Assembly (NCBI RefSeq): GCF_964204645.1
Contig: NC_134030.1
Location: 12,483,947 to 12,547,946, forward strand
Origin: Tubulanus polymorphus
Taxonomy: Eukaryota; Animalia; Nemertea
Direction: 5' to 3'
DNA length: 64,000 nt
Position 1 is the first letter of the stretch; each line of letters opens with the position of its first letter. The position numbers were made by a program, and so were the translations under genes. The notes below the pieces were generated by a model. That model made no database searches, had not been told where the DNA came from, and saw only the letters and a program-made list of their open reading frames with translations. Positions 14,273 to 27,073 of the stretch are shown piece after piece.

Positions 14273-14854
14273 TAGGCTTTTCTGCTTAGTTAAAAGAGAA
14301 TCTATTCAACATTGATTTTAAATTTTATACCTACTTATGCTTTGTATTTAATATAATATGCATGTACATTTCTTTCTTTGTTCATTTCTGGTACTGGTGA
14401 CATCTGTATTTACAATTTAGGCGGCCTACTACACAAGCCTTGATAGCACTTGTTACTGAACACTAATATACATGTGTAAAGATATATTTAATGATGAATA
14501 AAATTCTACATTGTACATTCTAGAAAATAGTTAGTCTCATGCCTCGGATATTTCCACAAGATTTAGCCTAGGTAAACGATTCGCAATTCGCAGGGACTTA
14601 ATCAATCTATATATCTAAGGAATATATATATATATATATATATGTTTACCTAGGATACTGGGGGAGGGGGGTCAACATGTGTCAAAATACGTAAGTGAGT
14701 TCACTAGGGTCGTAGTTAGTTACGGTGCCTTATCGTTGACAAGCTTTTAGGCCTATAATCAGATGGGCTTCTTTGGTTTGTGAAAATGGGCTATCCGATC
14801 GTGAAACTAACCCACACAGACAAGGTAAGATTAGGCCTTACTGCTTTAGGGTTG

Positions 14855-15499
14855 GGGGCCGTCCATAATAAAAGACATCCACGCTGTAGGGGGGGGGTAG
14901 ATTTTTTGGACAAGGCGGAGGGGGTTCCTCTGATATGGATGTCCATCGGACCAAGGGACATCGTTCAATAGTTAGGGACATATTTTGTGGATAAAAGTAT
15001 ATTTTATTAACCTTACTACTAACTGAAGTTTGGTATGTAGGCATGGAAATATATTGTTAAACTTTCAAATCATGGAGTCAATTTTCCCTTTTTAATCCCT
15101 TTCAGTGGAAACTTTTTGGATATCCTCCTTCAATACAGTTTCAAATGGATTAAAAATGATGTTTTAGGTCCTTTCTGTTCATAATAAGACTTTTATCAAG
15201 TATGTAGGCCTACTTCCAAAACTGACTGAGCTAGGCCACCCTGAATGCTCTCAAGTCAGGTTGAAAGACATTAGATACCAGAACTTTTCAAGTTATGATT
15301 ATAATACCAGGTTAAATGCGTTTGCCTAACAAAAGTTAAGATTTTATATGCTGATCAAATCTTTATCAAGTGTGAAACTTAAGGTCCACTGTCCGTCGGA
15401 CAAGGGGGTAAGGGGTCGAAGGATATGGATTTTATGTAAGCATAGGGGGAGAGGGGGTCAGATTTTCCATTTTGTGTAGACGTCTTTATGGACAGCCCC
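14855..15499. mobile_element. Harbinger-like MITE
   Basis: TIR ggggccgtccataa / ttatggacagcccc; 3-bp TSD TTG. Confidence 0.65.
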
Positions 15500-15689
15500 T
15501 TGACGGGGATCAGGATGCTACAAGGACTGGGTGAACTCTGGAAGAGAACTTTTTACTTTCGATAACTGTTTTTGATATTTTCTAACGATAATTCAATAAA
15601 TATGACGATTGATAATATACGAGTGAAATATTCCAACTCATTCATCGAAAAAGGAGATGTTATTTAAATCGGGTTTCGAACCCCTTTTT

Positions 15690-15796
15690 CTCGGTCACAT
15701 CACATGATCAAAAAATGGTGGACGTGCCATCGTCGTCGTTCAGATCGTTCAAATAGGCAGGGGAATTTATTTCAAATTCGTTCAATCCCGGTAAGT
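15690..15796 (+). promoter_or_regulatory. Possible promoter and non-coding first exon (perhaps of CROT)
   Basis: Apparently non-repetitive DNA with E-box tcacatga, YY1-like aaaatggtgg and a strong donor CCG/gtaagt at 15790/15791. Confidence 0.25.
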
Positions 15797-16088
15797 CACT
15801 TATTTTTCAAATTACAGAGAGTCTTGCTTTGTAGAGATTCACAAACGCTATTGATATGTTATCATAGTTTTGGTTGACACGTGATGAATTATGTCTTTCG
15901 GATAAGTTGAAACATGTCGACATATAGTCTAATGTCTATTTAATATGTAATAGATGAAATCTAAGTGACGGACGCCTCGTCACAGCTTGGTTCAAATTTT
16001 CATAGTAAGAAATGATAGCGATTGGGGAAAACAACCTCAAGTAGGGGGTAACGAAGTCGAAAACACTCAAAATATTGTCAGTGACAAG

Positions 16089-16935
16089 TAGTTAGTAACC
16101 TAATCGTTGGTGGTAAGCTTTTTATAATCGAATGAGCTTATACCAACGTTAGGGATGACAAGGACCAAAACACGGTTGAAAAAAGTAACACTTCAAAAAT
16201 ATACTTTCTATTCACTTCAGTCCACAATTAATGGCTTAATTCACAATCTAACACAGGTACCTTTCGAAATAATTCAATTTTATGTATGTTTCGAGTGGTT
16301 AATCAACATTATTTTGAGAAATTAATTAATTTCTCCACCAATTTCGCCATTGGCCACCATTTCTCTGTATTGCACATGTGGCATGATAAGACAAAGGGAC
16401 CTACAAGGATTTATATAAAACTTCCAAGACGAAACGACAATTTTTATTTTTGATGGTTTTCCAACTTATATTTCAAATCTTCAGGTTTTCCATATTAAAT
16501 AATGAAATAATAAATTCTGGCAAAAGAAAAATGTGAATAAGTGTTGATTTCTTAATTTTTTTCAATTTCGTCGTTTCGATTCGTTAGTTTGTGCTGTTGT
16601 CCTGGCCTCAGTCCACAGGTGCCAGCACCTCCAGTAATTTTCAAAATGGCAGCTGTTGACCCGACGGAAATTTACTCTCACTTAACGGCCGATTTTCACA
16701 TGGATTAAGATCGTCAGGTGAGGTGTTATAGGTATCAGACAAACTACGAATCTGCTGTGCGTCGATTACAACAAAAATTAGACGGATATCTTAAGAGACA
16801 ATGAAATGCCAGGCAAATTACTCGTCAGTCAAATTGGCTGACGAAGATTTCATACAAAAATGACCTTCCCATTCCTGACTGTGGTTTGTGAAAATATCCG
16901 ATCGTGAAACTAAACCACAGACAGGTTACTGACTA
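16089..16935 (+). mobile_element. 847-bp non-autonomous DNA transposon, copy 1
   Basis: 13-bp TIR TAGT(T/C)AGTAACCT; perfect 9-bp TSD AGTGACAAG. Confidence 0.85.
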
Positions 16936-17140
16936 AGTGACAAGGAGAACACTTAAATGTTGTTAATGAAACTGGAAAGAGAATCAACTCCAATATTCCA
17001 TATTGAAATTGTACTGTAGTTAAACCCAAAGCAATGAATTAATGAAGAAATTAAATCAACTTAGTCAAAACTTGGAAAATTTAAAATTAATGCTCGAGTT
17101 AAGGGGTGGGAAGAAAGAAGATGAAACTGTAACTGTAAGT

Positions 17141-17204
17141 TTTGATTCATTTCTGAAATTTGGGCTTGATATATTATAAGCCCAAATTTCAGAAATGAAT
17201 CAAA
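17141..17204. repeat. Perfect 27-bp-arm hairpin
   Basis: tttgattcatttctgaaatttgggctt - gatatattat - aagcccaaatttcagaaatgaatcaaa. Confidence 0.85.
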
Positions 17205-19512
17205 CCTCATAATTCTTTAATCTTATATTATAAGATCAAATGAAATTTAATATTTTAATTTTTGCGAGAAAAAAACTTGAAAAATTTCTTATAAATCAGG
17301 TATCGGTACCACTGTCTGCTAAAAAGATTATTCTTTCGATTTAGATAAAGTGTCATTTTTTAATGGTTTAAAACTCTTTGTGAAACCATAATGTAACCAA
17401 TGACATTTCGGTGGGAACTGAGAGGGGTTTTTGCAATATTGAAGAATTTTGACCTGGTAGTTAATTTAGAAATTAGCTCCATTTGGAAATAAAAGGAAGA
17501 TGAGAGAAGATTACAACGCATTTCTTAATTACCTTCAAAAAGAAAAAAAATCGAATACGCGTTGAAACGCACAAATCGGAAAATTATTTTCTGCTAGAAA
17601 AAACTCGAATTAGCAGGAAATGCGAATGTCAGTACAATAATTGATTTCTCTTGCGAAAAATATACATTTCTTTCTAATCCGCCTGGAATACGGTTCAAAA
17701 TAAGCAGTGCACGCGGCCAGCGGTTCCGAATTCCTTATTTGGTGAAGAAGGGGCGGAGACTAATGTTTTTGCCGACCGCGATGTTGCTGCTGCTCGAGAG
17801 CGAGTACGCCGTGCCGATCCGCCGCCGCGCTGGCCGAGAAATTTTACGACTCTAACGCGACTCTCACCGCAGTTCTTAGGGTCGTTACTTTTGATTAAAA
17901 AAGTGTATTTCAGTGCTGCCGCTGAGAATGACAGCTGCGCGCGCGAGAGCGTAATTCTCCGGGATTCGAACCTGCGCGCCGAACCGCCGCGTGGCACCGG
18001 GCCGCGGCCGCGTTTTGTTATTATGAATTCGCCCCTGTTGCTAAGGGAATTTCAGCTATTTTCAACTCGATCGATCAACGCGGTTCATTGTTAAACTATT
18101 CATCAACCCAATCTTGTTCGAAATTTCATGAAATAAATACATTCTGAAATAACCCGATCCATAAGTTACCGTATTTTAGTTAGTGGAATGCCGGATTTTA
18201 GCGTGACGTAATTCTACTTCCGATTTCCCCATGAACTTCAAACCGGACGTCAAGTGACGTCATTTTTTTCTGTCTTTGTCAGCTAGTCAGAATCGGTTAA
18301 GAAGACACTACGTAGTACCCACATATACGCGTTTACCAAAGGGACGTCCTCCGGGCGCCTTCGGCGCCCGGCGTCCGTCTATTAATTGATGAGACCAGTT
18401 TTTCTGGGATATTTTGCTTACTTTTTGGGGTACATACCTCATTTATGTCTTAACAGAATGCCAAAAATCGCGGACAACAACTGAATATCCGATATATTCC
18501 CAGTTCTGTACCAATTAGATGGATTGGCAAAAAGACTCCTTAAGTCCAGTTGAATGAGAGAGAAAATCCACCATTTTGTGAAATTTCTTGAATTTTTACA
18601 TTGTCACCATGCCTACGAAATGAAGTTATTTTTCTTGTGGGGTCTCAACAACTAAATCAGGGTGGCGTAGGCATGGTAACAATGTTCAAATCCAAGAAAT
18701 TTGAGTACCTAGCCGTTGTTCCTGAAACAACGTCTAGGGCGAAAGTGCTCATATAAGGTTAATTTTCGTCCCTTATTTTGAGGGACGAGGCTTTGAGCGT
18801 CTATTTCACCCCTTAAAACACCATCAACTTACCTCAAACTGACTGTTCTGTAATCAGATGGAAGTTAACTATTGTTTGTGCATAAATTTGTAATCCTAAG
18901 TAGCTTTTGACGATCGTAGTAGCTCAAAACTTTTGACTAGTTGCGTCAAAAAACAGTTGAAGTGAAGCAACATAACAAATATGGCGGCTTTTCGTGGTGC
19001 ATGATGGGAGTGTAAATTACGGATTCGAACTTAAACTTGGTGTCAAGGCAGATATTATTCTTGTTTCAAATTATTAAGGTTAAAATTTACCAAAATCTAT
19101 GCGTTTTATCAACAAAAAATAACATTTAGAGTAATTTAAGAGAGACATATTGAATTTTCACATTTTATGAATTTAGTCCGTATTGGAAATCCCGATAGTG
19201 GCAATCAATTCAAATCAAATCAATAAATTCCCCGGTTCGCGATTTAAATCATCAAAAAATTCATTATAAAACACGTTTTCAAAGTCAACAAGGTAACTAA
19301 TTTATTTATTTTAGTACAAAGGTTTGATTTGACACTAAAATCAGTTGTTGCATTGCAATTAACAGGAGTTAACCTCTATATGATACTTTAGCGTCAGACG
19401 TTGTACAGAACCGTAACAACGACTGGTATTCAGACTAGTCCACATATAGAGAGCTCAAACAAAGTCATACTGGCTAGTTGAAGTGCTGTAGGCGTAGTGG
19501 CTGGGCGAGGGC

Positions 19513-20358
19513 TAGTCAGTAACCTGTCTGTGGTTTAGTTTCACGATCGGATATTTTCACAAACCAGTCAGGAATGGGAAGGTCATTTTTGTATGAAATC
19601 TTCGTCAGCCAATTTGACTGACGAGTAATTTGCCTGGCATTTCATTGTCTCTTAAGATATCCGTCTAATTTTTGTTGTAATCGACGCACAACAGATTCTT
19701 AGTTTGTCTGATACCTATAACACCTCACCTGACGATCTTAATCCATGTGAAAATCGGCCGTAAAGTGAGAGTAAATTTCCGTCCAGTCAACAGCTGCCAT
19801 TTTGAAAATTACTGGAGGTGCTGGCATCTGTGGACTGAGGCCAGGACAACAGCACAAACTAACGAAGCGAAACGACGAAATTAAAAAAAATTAAGAAATC
19901 AACACTTATTCACATTTTTCTTTTACCAGAAATTTATTATTTCATTATTTGTTATGGAAAACACGAAGATTTGAAATATAAGTTGGAAAACCATCAAAAA
20001 TAAAAATTGTCGTTTCGTCTTGGAAGTTTTATATAAATCCTTGTAGGTCCCCTTGTCTTATCATGCCACATGTGCAATACAGAGAAATGGCGGCCAATGG
20101 CGAAATTTGTGGAGAAATTAATTAATTTCTCAAAATAATGTTGATTAATCACTCGAAACATACATAAAATTGGATTATTTCGAAAGGTACCTGTGTTAGT
20201 TTGTGAATTAAGCCATTAATTGTGGACTGAAGTGAATAGAAAGTATATTTTTGAAGTGTTACTTTTTTCAACCGTGTTTTGGTCCTTGTCATCCCTAACG
20301 TTGGTATAAGCCCATCCGATTATAAAAAGCTTACCACCAACGATTAGGTAACTAACTA
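19513..20358 (-). mobile_element. Same non-autonomous transposon, copy 2, opposite orientation
   Basis: Near-identical reverse complement of copy 1; TSD GGCGAGGGC/GGTGAGGGC. Confidence 0.85.
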
Positions 20359-20804
20359 GGTGAGGGCAAGGCCGAGGATTTTTCAGAGTCAGAAGATCAG
20401 ATTCAGAACTTCTGTGAATGGGATTTCCCGATGATGTCACATAACTGTAATACAAGATATCGGCGAATTCAAGTTCTGGCTGCTAGTCAGAACCGGAAAT
20501 TGGAACCTAAATCCGCCATGTTTTAGTTCATTTGCAATGAATATCTCTCGCTTCAAGTTTTTAGTTAGCAATATTTTGTCATGTCTTCAATCGCATCGAT
20601 TATACGTCGTATAACCCCGAGAACCAATGAAGAAAATTCTCACATAAAAAAACGTAGGCTACCGCGATTTTACATGGATTGGCTCAATGCCAACCTCATA
20701 CTGCTGACAAAGGTAAACCAAAAACATTTTGCAACAGCTGACCATGTTTACAAAGACTGGTTGCCTGGTGGCAGCACTTGTGTAATGGTTTGTGATTCTA
20801 ACCA

Positions 20805-20960
20805 TCTGAACCCTAAACTTATAAACTATGGTACTCTAAAGCTTGACCCCCTAAAAAACCTAAACCTCTGAACACTAAACCCTGAACCCTCTTAACCCTT
20901 AAACCCCAAATCCTGACTCCTTGAACACTAAACACTTAACCCAAGTCCTCTAAACACTAA
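20805..20960 (+). repeat. Degenerate ccctaaac/ctgaacac short tandem repeat
   Basis: Low-complexity 7-14 bp units. Confidence 0.5.
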
Positions 20961-21023
20961 ATGAGATTTCTGGAAATTTCCAGAAAAATCCGGAATTTTT
21001 TTCAGGAATTCCAAGTTACCCCC

Positions 21024-21265
21024 ACCAGGGGTCGTTGAATAGTAGAATAACTTAGTATTTCCATATTAAATTGGTAGCGAGGCATATTTGGTTATCACAA
21101 CCAATTACAAAATCGTAGCTGCTGACATGTTCTATGATTGTGGTTAGTTTCAAGGTCACTGGCTTTTGTATATGGTCATCAGGGGCGTTGAATATTGAAA
21201 TGTTCGATTTCTGAGCATTTGAAACCACTTCCCAAGTGGGCATGGTGTCCCTGGACCCCTAGTTA
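21024..21265 (+). mobile_element. 3' fragment of the same HINE family
   Basis: Matches 47655-47898, including the cccaagtgggcatggtgtccctggacccctagtt end. Confidence 0.75.
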
Positions 21266-22539
21266 GAGAGATCAGCAGAGAAATCTGCCGCTAGATGGCT
21301 TGATTAAATGGCAGCGCCCATTAGATTGTTTTTATGCTGAGTTTTTGTGGTGTTGCATTTCAAAATATTTGATTTTTTTTGCATTTGAAAGTAGCGGGTA
21401 CCTATCCGGAGGTCACGTGATCTAATTATAAGCTCATTTCTAATCATAAGCTCATTTTCTAATTATAATTACCCATGTAGACATAAAATATTCCATTGTC
21501 AGCTGTTAGCTGAGGCTTAATACCCATTTGTTCATTTTCATAGGGGCCTACCTGAAATTTATTTAAATTTTAGGGGGTGATCAAATAAAAAGGTCACCGA
21601 CTATAATTCATGCAAATTAGCTAGCTCATTTCCATAAGACGTCACTTTCAGTAAGAAAAATTATCACCACAATTTTCCAAGGGTCATACCCTACAAACAT
21701 TTTGATTACCATAAAGCTCTATCTCATACAGTTTTCACCCTATGGAGCTCCAAAGGTACTACTGATTATCCTACTTTTTAGTTAACAATGATGGGCATTC
21801 TTAGGGTTTTTCTCAAATTACACACGGGCACTGAAAGACTTAAAGAGGCATTCAGTAATGTGAACTTAGATACTGGAATGATTCGATAGAGCAACAAACA
21901 TAATTAGCCAAAAAGTTCTAGCGGGTTATATTAGCCTAGATAAATGATTTTGGGACTGTTAATTTTGTTTGGGTTGTCATTGAGGTGGAAATAATTTAGT
22001 CTTATTGTGTGCCCTTCTATAGGGAAAGACAAATACATGAGCTGGTAAAAAACCATATTTTCACACGATTGTACAGAACGGTTACAGAAAAATAAGAACG
22101 GTTGGCAGCTCTGGATAAGGTTTCCCGTCATCGGTGACAACTACCTATGCACCTAAGAGGCCGTTCTCCATTGATCCAACCTTCCTCAGGAAGAGACAGA
22201 AGGCGACAGTAGGCCTATTGTCAGATTTTCAATATTGTCCAGTTAGGTAGCTGGGTGAGGGGGTTTGGCCTTGCTAATCTGTTTTTGGCAACAATAAGTT
22301 TGTTTCATTCAAGGGGTCATTCATATATTACGTAGGCATAATAAAATTTGACTTTTCAACAATACAAAATTTATGACGTCTGTGACGAGCAGCCAAGTCT
22401 TCGTCAGCAGTCACACACCTATCCCTGTAGGGCACATAGTAATCGACTATTTGCTCTGGGTGCAGCGGATAGTATGAGGGACAATTCTATATGTTTCACA
22501 CTGTATGGCTGATTCTTAGGTATTATGCATCTCCCTTAA

Positions 22540-23795
22540 CCCTTCCGATACCACTACCGTATGGCATACGGTACAAATTGGCAAGCTAGCACACCCGTAC
22601 CGTACGTGATACGGTATCGCTTAACCCTTCTAAGGCGTTTTTAGGAGCATCCGATTTTTGCGATCGATTTCGTGAACGATTTGCTCCGATGGTACGATCG
22701 AATCGAACGTTCGTAAAAATGACGATGGATTTGGCTAATCACATGACATAAATATGGCGACGTTGAGGAAAAAATGTATGGTTTTGAACTACCCGGTGCC
22801 GCCATCTTGGAAATCAAATCGCCAAATCGCTCGCCGAGCGAGTTGGTCGATTTCAAAAATCGATCGGAAAATCGTGTTCGTAAAAACGCCGATCGTGAAA
22901 TCGATTGCAAAAATCGGTGCTCGTAAATGCGTTCCTACGATCGATCGCAAAAATCGGATGCTCATAAAAACGCCTCTAGAAGCCCATATCTATCAGTATC
23001 AGCTGGTGCTGCCATCTGCATAAAATCCAAGATGGCGGCAGCAAGGAAAAAACAATTTGGCTAGATGAAGCGGTTTAGCAGCGCATATATAATGCTGACA
23101 GTGATGCTGGTGACTTGGAATTTGGTAGTGGACAAATTGAGAGTGACAACGAATATGACAGTGCAGTTCAGATGATGTGACAGAAAATAGGTTTAGTGCC
23201 GGCAATGATTTTTTTGATGATGAAAATGAAATCAGTGACAATTTTTTTAGACGCTGTTGATCCGGTTGTCTTGGCAACGGACACCAATAACAATAATGAA
23301 GAACCAGAACCTGACCATCCTCAAGGTCATATATATCCAAATTGTTTGTCTTATTTGTAAGCCCAAAGGTTATCAACACCATGGTATATAATATATCATT
23401 GTCAAATACATAGGTAACAATTTTCTGAGGCCTGAAATTATACCCCAATGAAACCCCTTACATCCGGCATTCCGACATATACTGGAAAAGTGTGTAAATG
23501 AGTGGAAAAATAAATCTTTTAGTTGTTCTATTGCTTTGAAATTTTTACTACATAAAGTCAGGATATATGGCATACAATTTCAGTTGAAATTGAATAGATC
23601 AGTGCATTTTCCTGGGAGACAGAGCAGTTTATCTGAAACTTTTTCGTGTATTCTTTTCATGGCAGCCATCTTGGAGTATGTGACCTTGACCTCAAGTTCA
23701 CTTATATCCAACTCTATGAAGCCTCAAATATACCCAGCTATAAACCCCTAAATTCCCTCCGGTACAGCAGCGGAGACTATGTGGTATTGAAAGGG
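22540..23795 (+). mobile_element. Internally deleted piggyBac-like element
   Basis: TTAA TSD; CCCTT..ATACCAC TIR; degenerate acidic N-terminal transposase-like stretch at about 23030-23240. Confidence 0.65.
22633..22975. mobile_element. PIF/Harbinger-like MITE
   Basis: About 36-bp TIR aggcgttttta(g/t)gagcatccgatttttgcgatcgat; 3-bp TSD CTA. Confidence 0.72.
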
Positions 23796-25062
23796 TTAAC
23801 TTTCAATAGAATTGCAAATTCGCCGAAACCAATGGACCAATTTTTCCCTGAAATTCTTAATCTGCTTCTGTCTAATTTTTAATCAGTCTTAAGCATTTCA
23901 ATTGCGGGTCATTTGGTCCAATTTTCAAGTTTGTGTGATGTATGCGATATGGAACCTTACAAACCAGCACCAAACTCTCATGTACGAAATGGGCCTCACT
24001 CACATTTCAATATGTCACTCAAAATAGGTCATGTTGATACGTATTTTAATCAGAACATTGAGATCTTTCATCTTCATTTAAGCCTATATGCGAAGTGTTT
24101 TGAGAAAATATTTAGTTTTTCAAATTTTTGTCCTTGGTTCTCTCCTTCAAAAATCGTATTTTGGTTCCTCAACAAAAAATTTTGAAATTTTTACCAAGTT
24201 AAGTGATTATGAGAGTTTCATAGAAAAGACCTTGAAAATTAAGGGAGATGCAATCGACTTTACCCATCGGATAGACGTGATAACCATCTGCCATTATGTT
24301 TATGGGTTAGTTCAGTTGATTTCATATTCTATTTCATATGTTTCATATTCTAGAAAAAAACCCCATCCATTACCGCTTAAAGAATATCTAGGCAAAAAGA
24401 AATATACAAATTCATGAGACGAGATAATTCCTGAATTTTGGTTGCTTTCTGTCATTATCCATGTTTCGGAGTAACACAATTCCATTGGACGATTTAGGAA
24501 TTGCCCGTAATTTTAGAAAATGGTAGATAGATGTAGGTTTGGATCAATTTTGGTGACTAACTATGTTAGGTTGCTGAGTAACCTAACTCTGTTTGGTTAC
24601 TGAGTCGGTCAGAGTGGTGCTCTTTGTTGTCAAAAGTGTGTACATAATTAGCAACTACTTTCTATTGCATTTAAGCCCCTATAAGAATTTAATTTCCTCA
24701 ATCCCCTATTTTGTTCATTGTGATCCACGATTTAAACCTACATCTCTAGTATTTCTTTAGGAGCATTATGATCCTTTGCTTCAGTCCATGTTTGAAATGA
24801 CAGTATTGACCTATATTTATATTAACTTTCATTGAAAAGTTTCCTTTCAGTAAATCATACTTATGAATCGTTTGTGTTCACGATTTTTGTACTTCAACTA
24901 TAATATGTTGACACGTGCAAACAGCAGCACTCTAAGAGGTATGTAGGTTCCGGAACTACATCAAATCTGGTTGGTAGACCTAATTCAAATCATAATAATT
25001 CAACATGGCTTAATTAGTGAATGCTCTCTGCTACACTTTAAATTTGTATCCTTTATATCTAA

Positions 25063-25404
25063 AGGTAGGGGCACACGAGCCTATTTTTTCGCCCGATCGC
25101 GGCAAATTTATAAATCACCGGAAAAATTCGGCCGACTCGATCGCCCGGCAAATCGCCTGTATCAAACATGTTTGATATTTTCGCCCGATTATTAACGAAT
25201 TCCGCCGAGCGATACATTTTTATCAACCAACATGATGTATTGTTGATATCATGTGAATTGTTAACTCTCTCAAGTGGCAGTCACTGACCGAATTTCGGTT
25301 TGATCGCTACGTGTGCCCGCTCGCATCGGGTGTATAAATTCATCAGCGAATTCGCTGACAACTTTAATTGTCGCGATCGGGCGAAAAAATACGCTCGCCT
25401 ACCT
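25063..25404. mobile_element. Kolobok-like MITE
   Basis: AGG...CCT ends, (C/T)TAA flanks, long imperfect TIR containing tattttttcgcccgatcgcg. Confidence 0.6.
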
Positions 25405-25850
25405 TTAACAATATCCTTATAATATTGATTAACTTCATGATTGGTAGCACTATACCATGATAAAGTAACTATCTTGTCACTTAATTTGTTTCTTACATCC
25501 ATGGATCATGTGACCACATAAAAGACAATCAAGTATATACTCTTCACTCTGAAGATGAAAATAAATTCCTTAATTTTCCTTTTATTTCCTGTTATTCTGG
25601 ATTTTATTATCACGATGAAGTTATATATGTGTAATGCGATCGAAGATGTCAGAAGTAGTATTATTTCAATAATATGTTGCACACTCAAAAGTATATTGGG
25701 CACTAACTACAATTCACAAATTTGATGGAAATTAACAAAATCCTCTGGGTGAAATCCAATAATTTAAGGCATTGTTAAGGAATAAAACCCACAGTTACTT
25801 CTGTAAAAACAGTTTATTGCCTTACAGTTTGGAGTATAATTATCGTATTT

Positions 25851-25905
25851 TTTGTTCCTCTGATGATGAGGTTTAGTTTGAACCTTGAAACTGTAAGGCA
25901 ATAAA
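25851..25905 (+). ncRNA. Minimal type I hammerhead ribozyme-like motif (Penelope-type), copy 1
   Basis: Stem I UUUGUUCCU / AGG(C)AAUAAA; core CUGAUGA plus extra U; stem II GAGGUUU/GAACCUU; GAAA; stem III ACUGU; GUA cleavage triplet. Confidence 0.5.
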
Positions 25906-26021
25906 CTGTTTTTACAGAAGTAACTGTGGGTTTTATTCGTTAACTCTAACACTGAGATTTACATCAGTTCAATGCATTTAAGGCATGATTCTTGACCAGT
26001 ATGCACGCAATCTAGCTGTTA

Positions 26022-26586
26022 CAGTAGACTCCGCTCAACCCGAATTCATTGGGACCAAAAAAAATCATCGAGTTAAGCGTAATTCGAGTTGGGTTTTTTT
26101 TATAAAATTGGTAAAAAAATAAAATAATAAAACCTCAATAAAACGTTCTGTAACATGAAAAAATAAAAGTTAATTCCGTTAAAGTTAAGCTTGTTTTTTG
26201 TCCCTTTTTTACCTCCCAAAAATTTACGTGGTGCGAAGAAAAATGAATGATCATGGACTTGAACTGCCGCTTGAATCGTATTACTGTAGTGAACTTTTTA
26301 ACATGTGAACGGGCAACGAGCCGTTCATTTTCAGGTTTTAGGATCGCTAACCAAGCTGGAGATTGTGTACGTGCTGAACGACTGAATGTCTCCATGAGCG
26401 ATGTATTGTCTACTACTGGTAGCCTACTAATCAAAGAAGTAAACACATGCATGTTTTTACCGATACTTATGGTTGCTGCCCGGAGGTCGTTAAGATATTC
26501 GAGTTGAGAGAAGTTTGAAATTTCAACATATGCCGAGTTCAACCGATTTTTGACTTAATAGGATTGGAGTTGAGAGAAGTCCACTG
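26022..26586. mobile_element. Tc1/mariner/pogo-like MITE (duplicate at 27190-27754)
   Basis: TA TSD; imperfect TIR cagtagactccgctcaac / gttgagagaagtccactg. Confidence 0.65.
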
Positions 26587-27018
26587 TAATTCCTGGTGCT
26601 TTGTTAGCATGTATTTATTTATGTTTCATTGATTTATGCACTAATGTTACGGTATTAGAAATGACCTGCTTAATGGTGTCAAATGATTTTACAGCTTCCT
26701 TTGTGATTTTCATAAAAAAATTCTATCCTTATACAATTTTTGCTCAATGCTGTATTGAGGTATTCTGGATTTTATTATCACGATGAAGTTATATATGTGT
26801 AATGCGATCGAAGATGTCAGAAGTAGTATTATTTCAATAATATGTTGCACACTCAAAAGTATATTGGGCACTAACTACAATTCACAAATTTGATGGAAAT
26901 TAACAAAATCCTCTGGGTGAAATCCAATAATTTAAGGCATTGTTAAGGAATAAAACCCACAGTTACTTCTGTAAAAACAGTTTATTGCCTTACAGTTTGG
27001 AGTATAATTATCGTATTT

Positions 27019-27073
27019 TTTGTTCCTCTGATGATGAGGTTTAGTTTGAACCTTGAAACTGTAAGGCAATAAA
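27019..27073 (+). ncRNA. Minimal type I hammerhead ribozyme-like motif, copy 2
   Basis: Identical to copy 1. Confidence 0.5.

Larger units (their letters stand above)
22526..24252. mobile_element. Outer TIR element hosting the piggyBac insertion
   Basis: Removing the piggyBac leaves a left end tgcatctcccttaactttcaa that matches the reverse complement of ttgaaaattaagggagatgca. Confidence 0.55.

Noticed and set aside
17695-18094. GC-rich ORFs or CpG-island gene
   Set aside because: Appears to be a GC-rich palindromic MITE; no splice or domain support
16089-20358. Single Polinton/Maverick-like element with 850-bp TIRs (left end reads AGTAGT)
   Set aside because: Each arm has its own TIRs and its own 9-bp TSD, so these are two independent insertions; no Polinton genes lie between them
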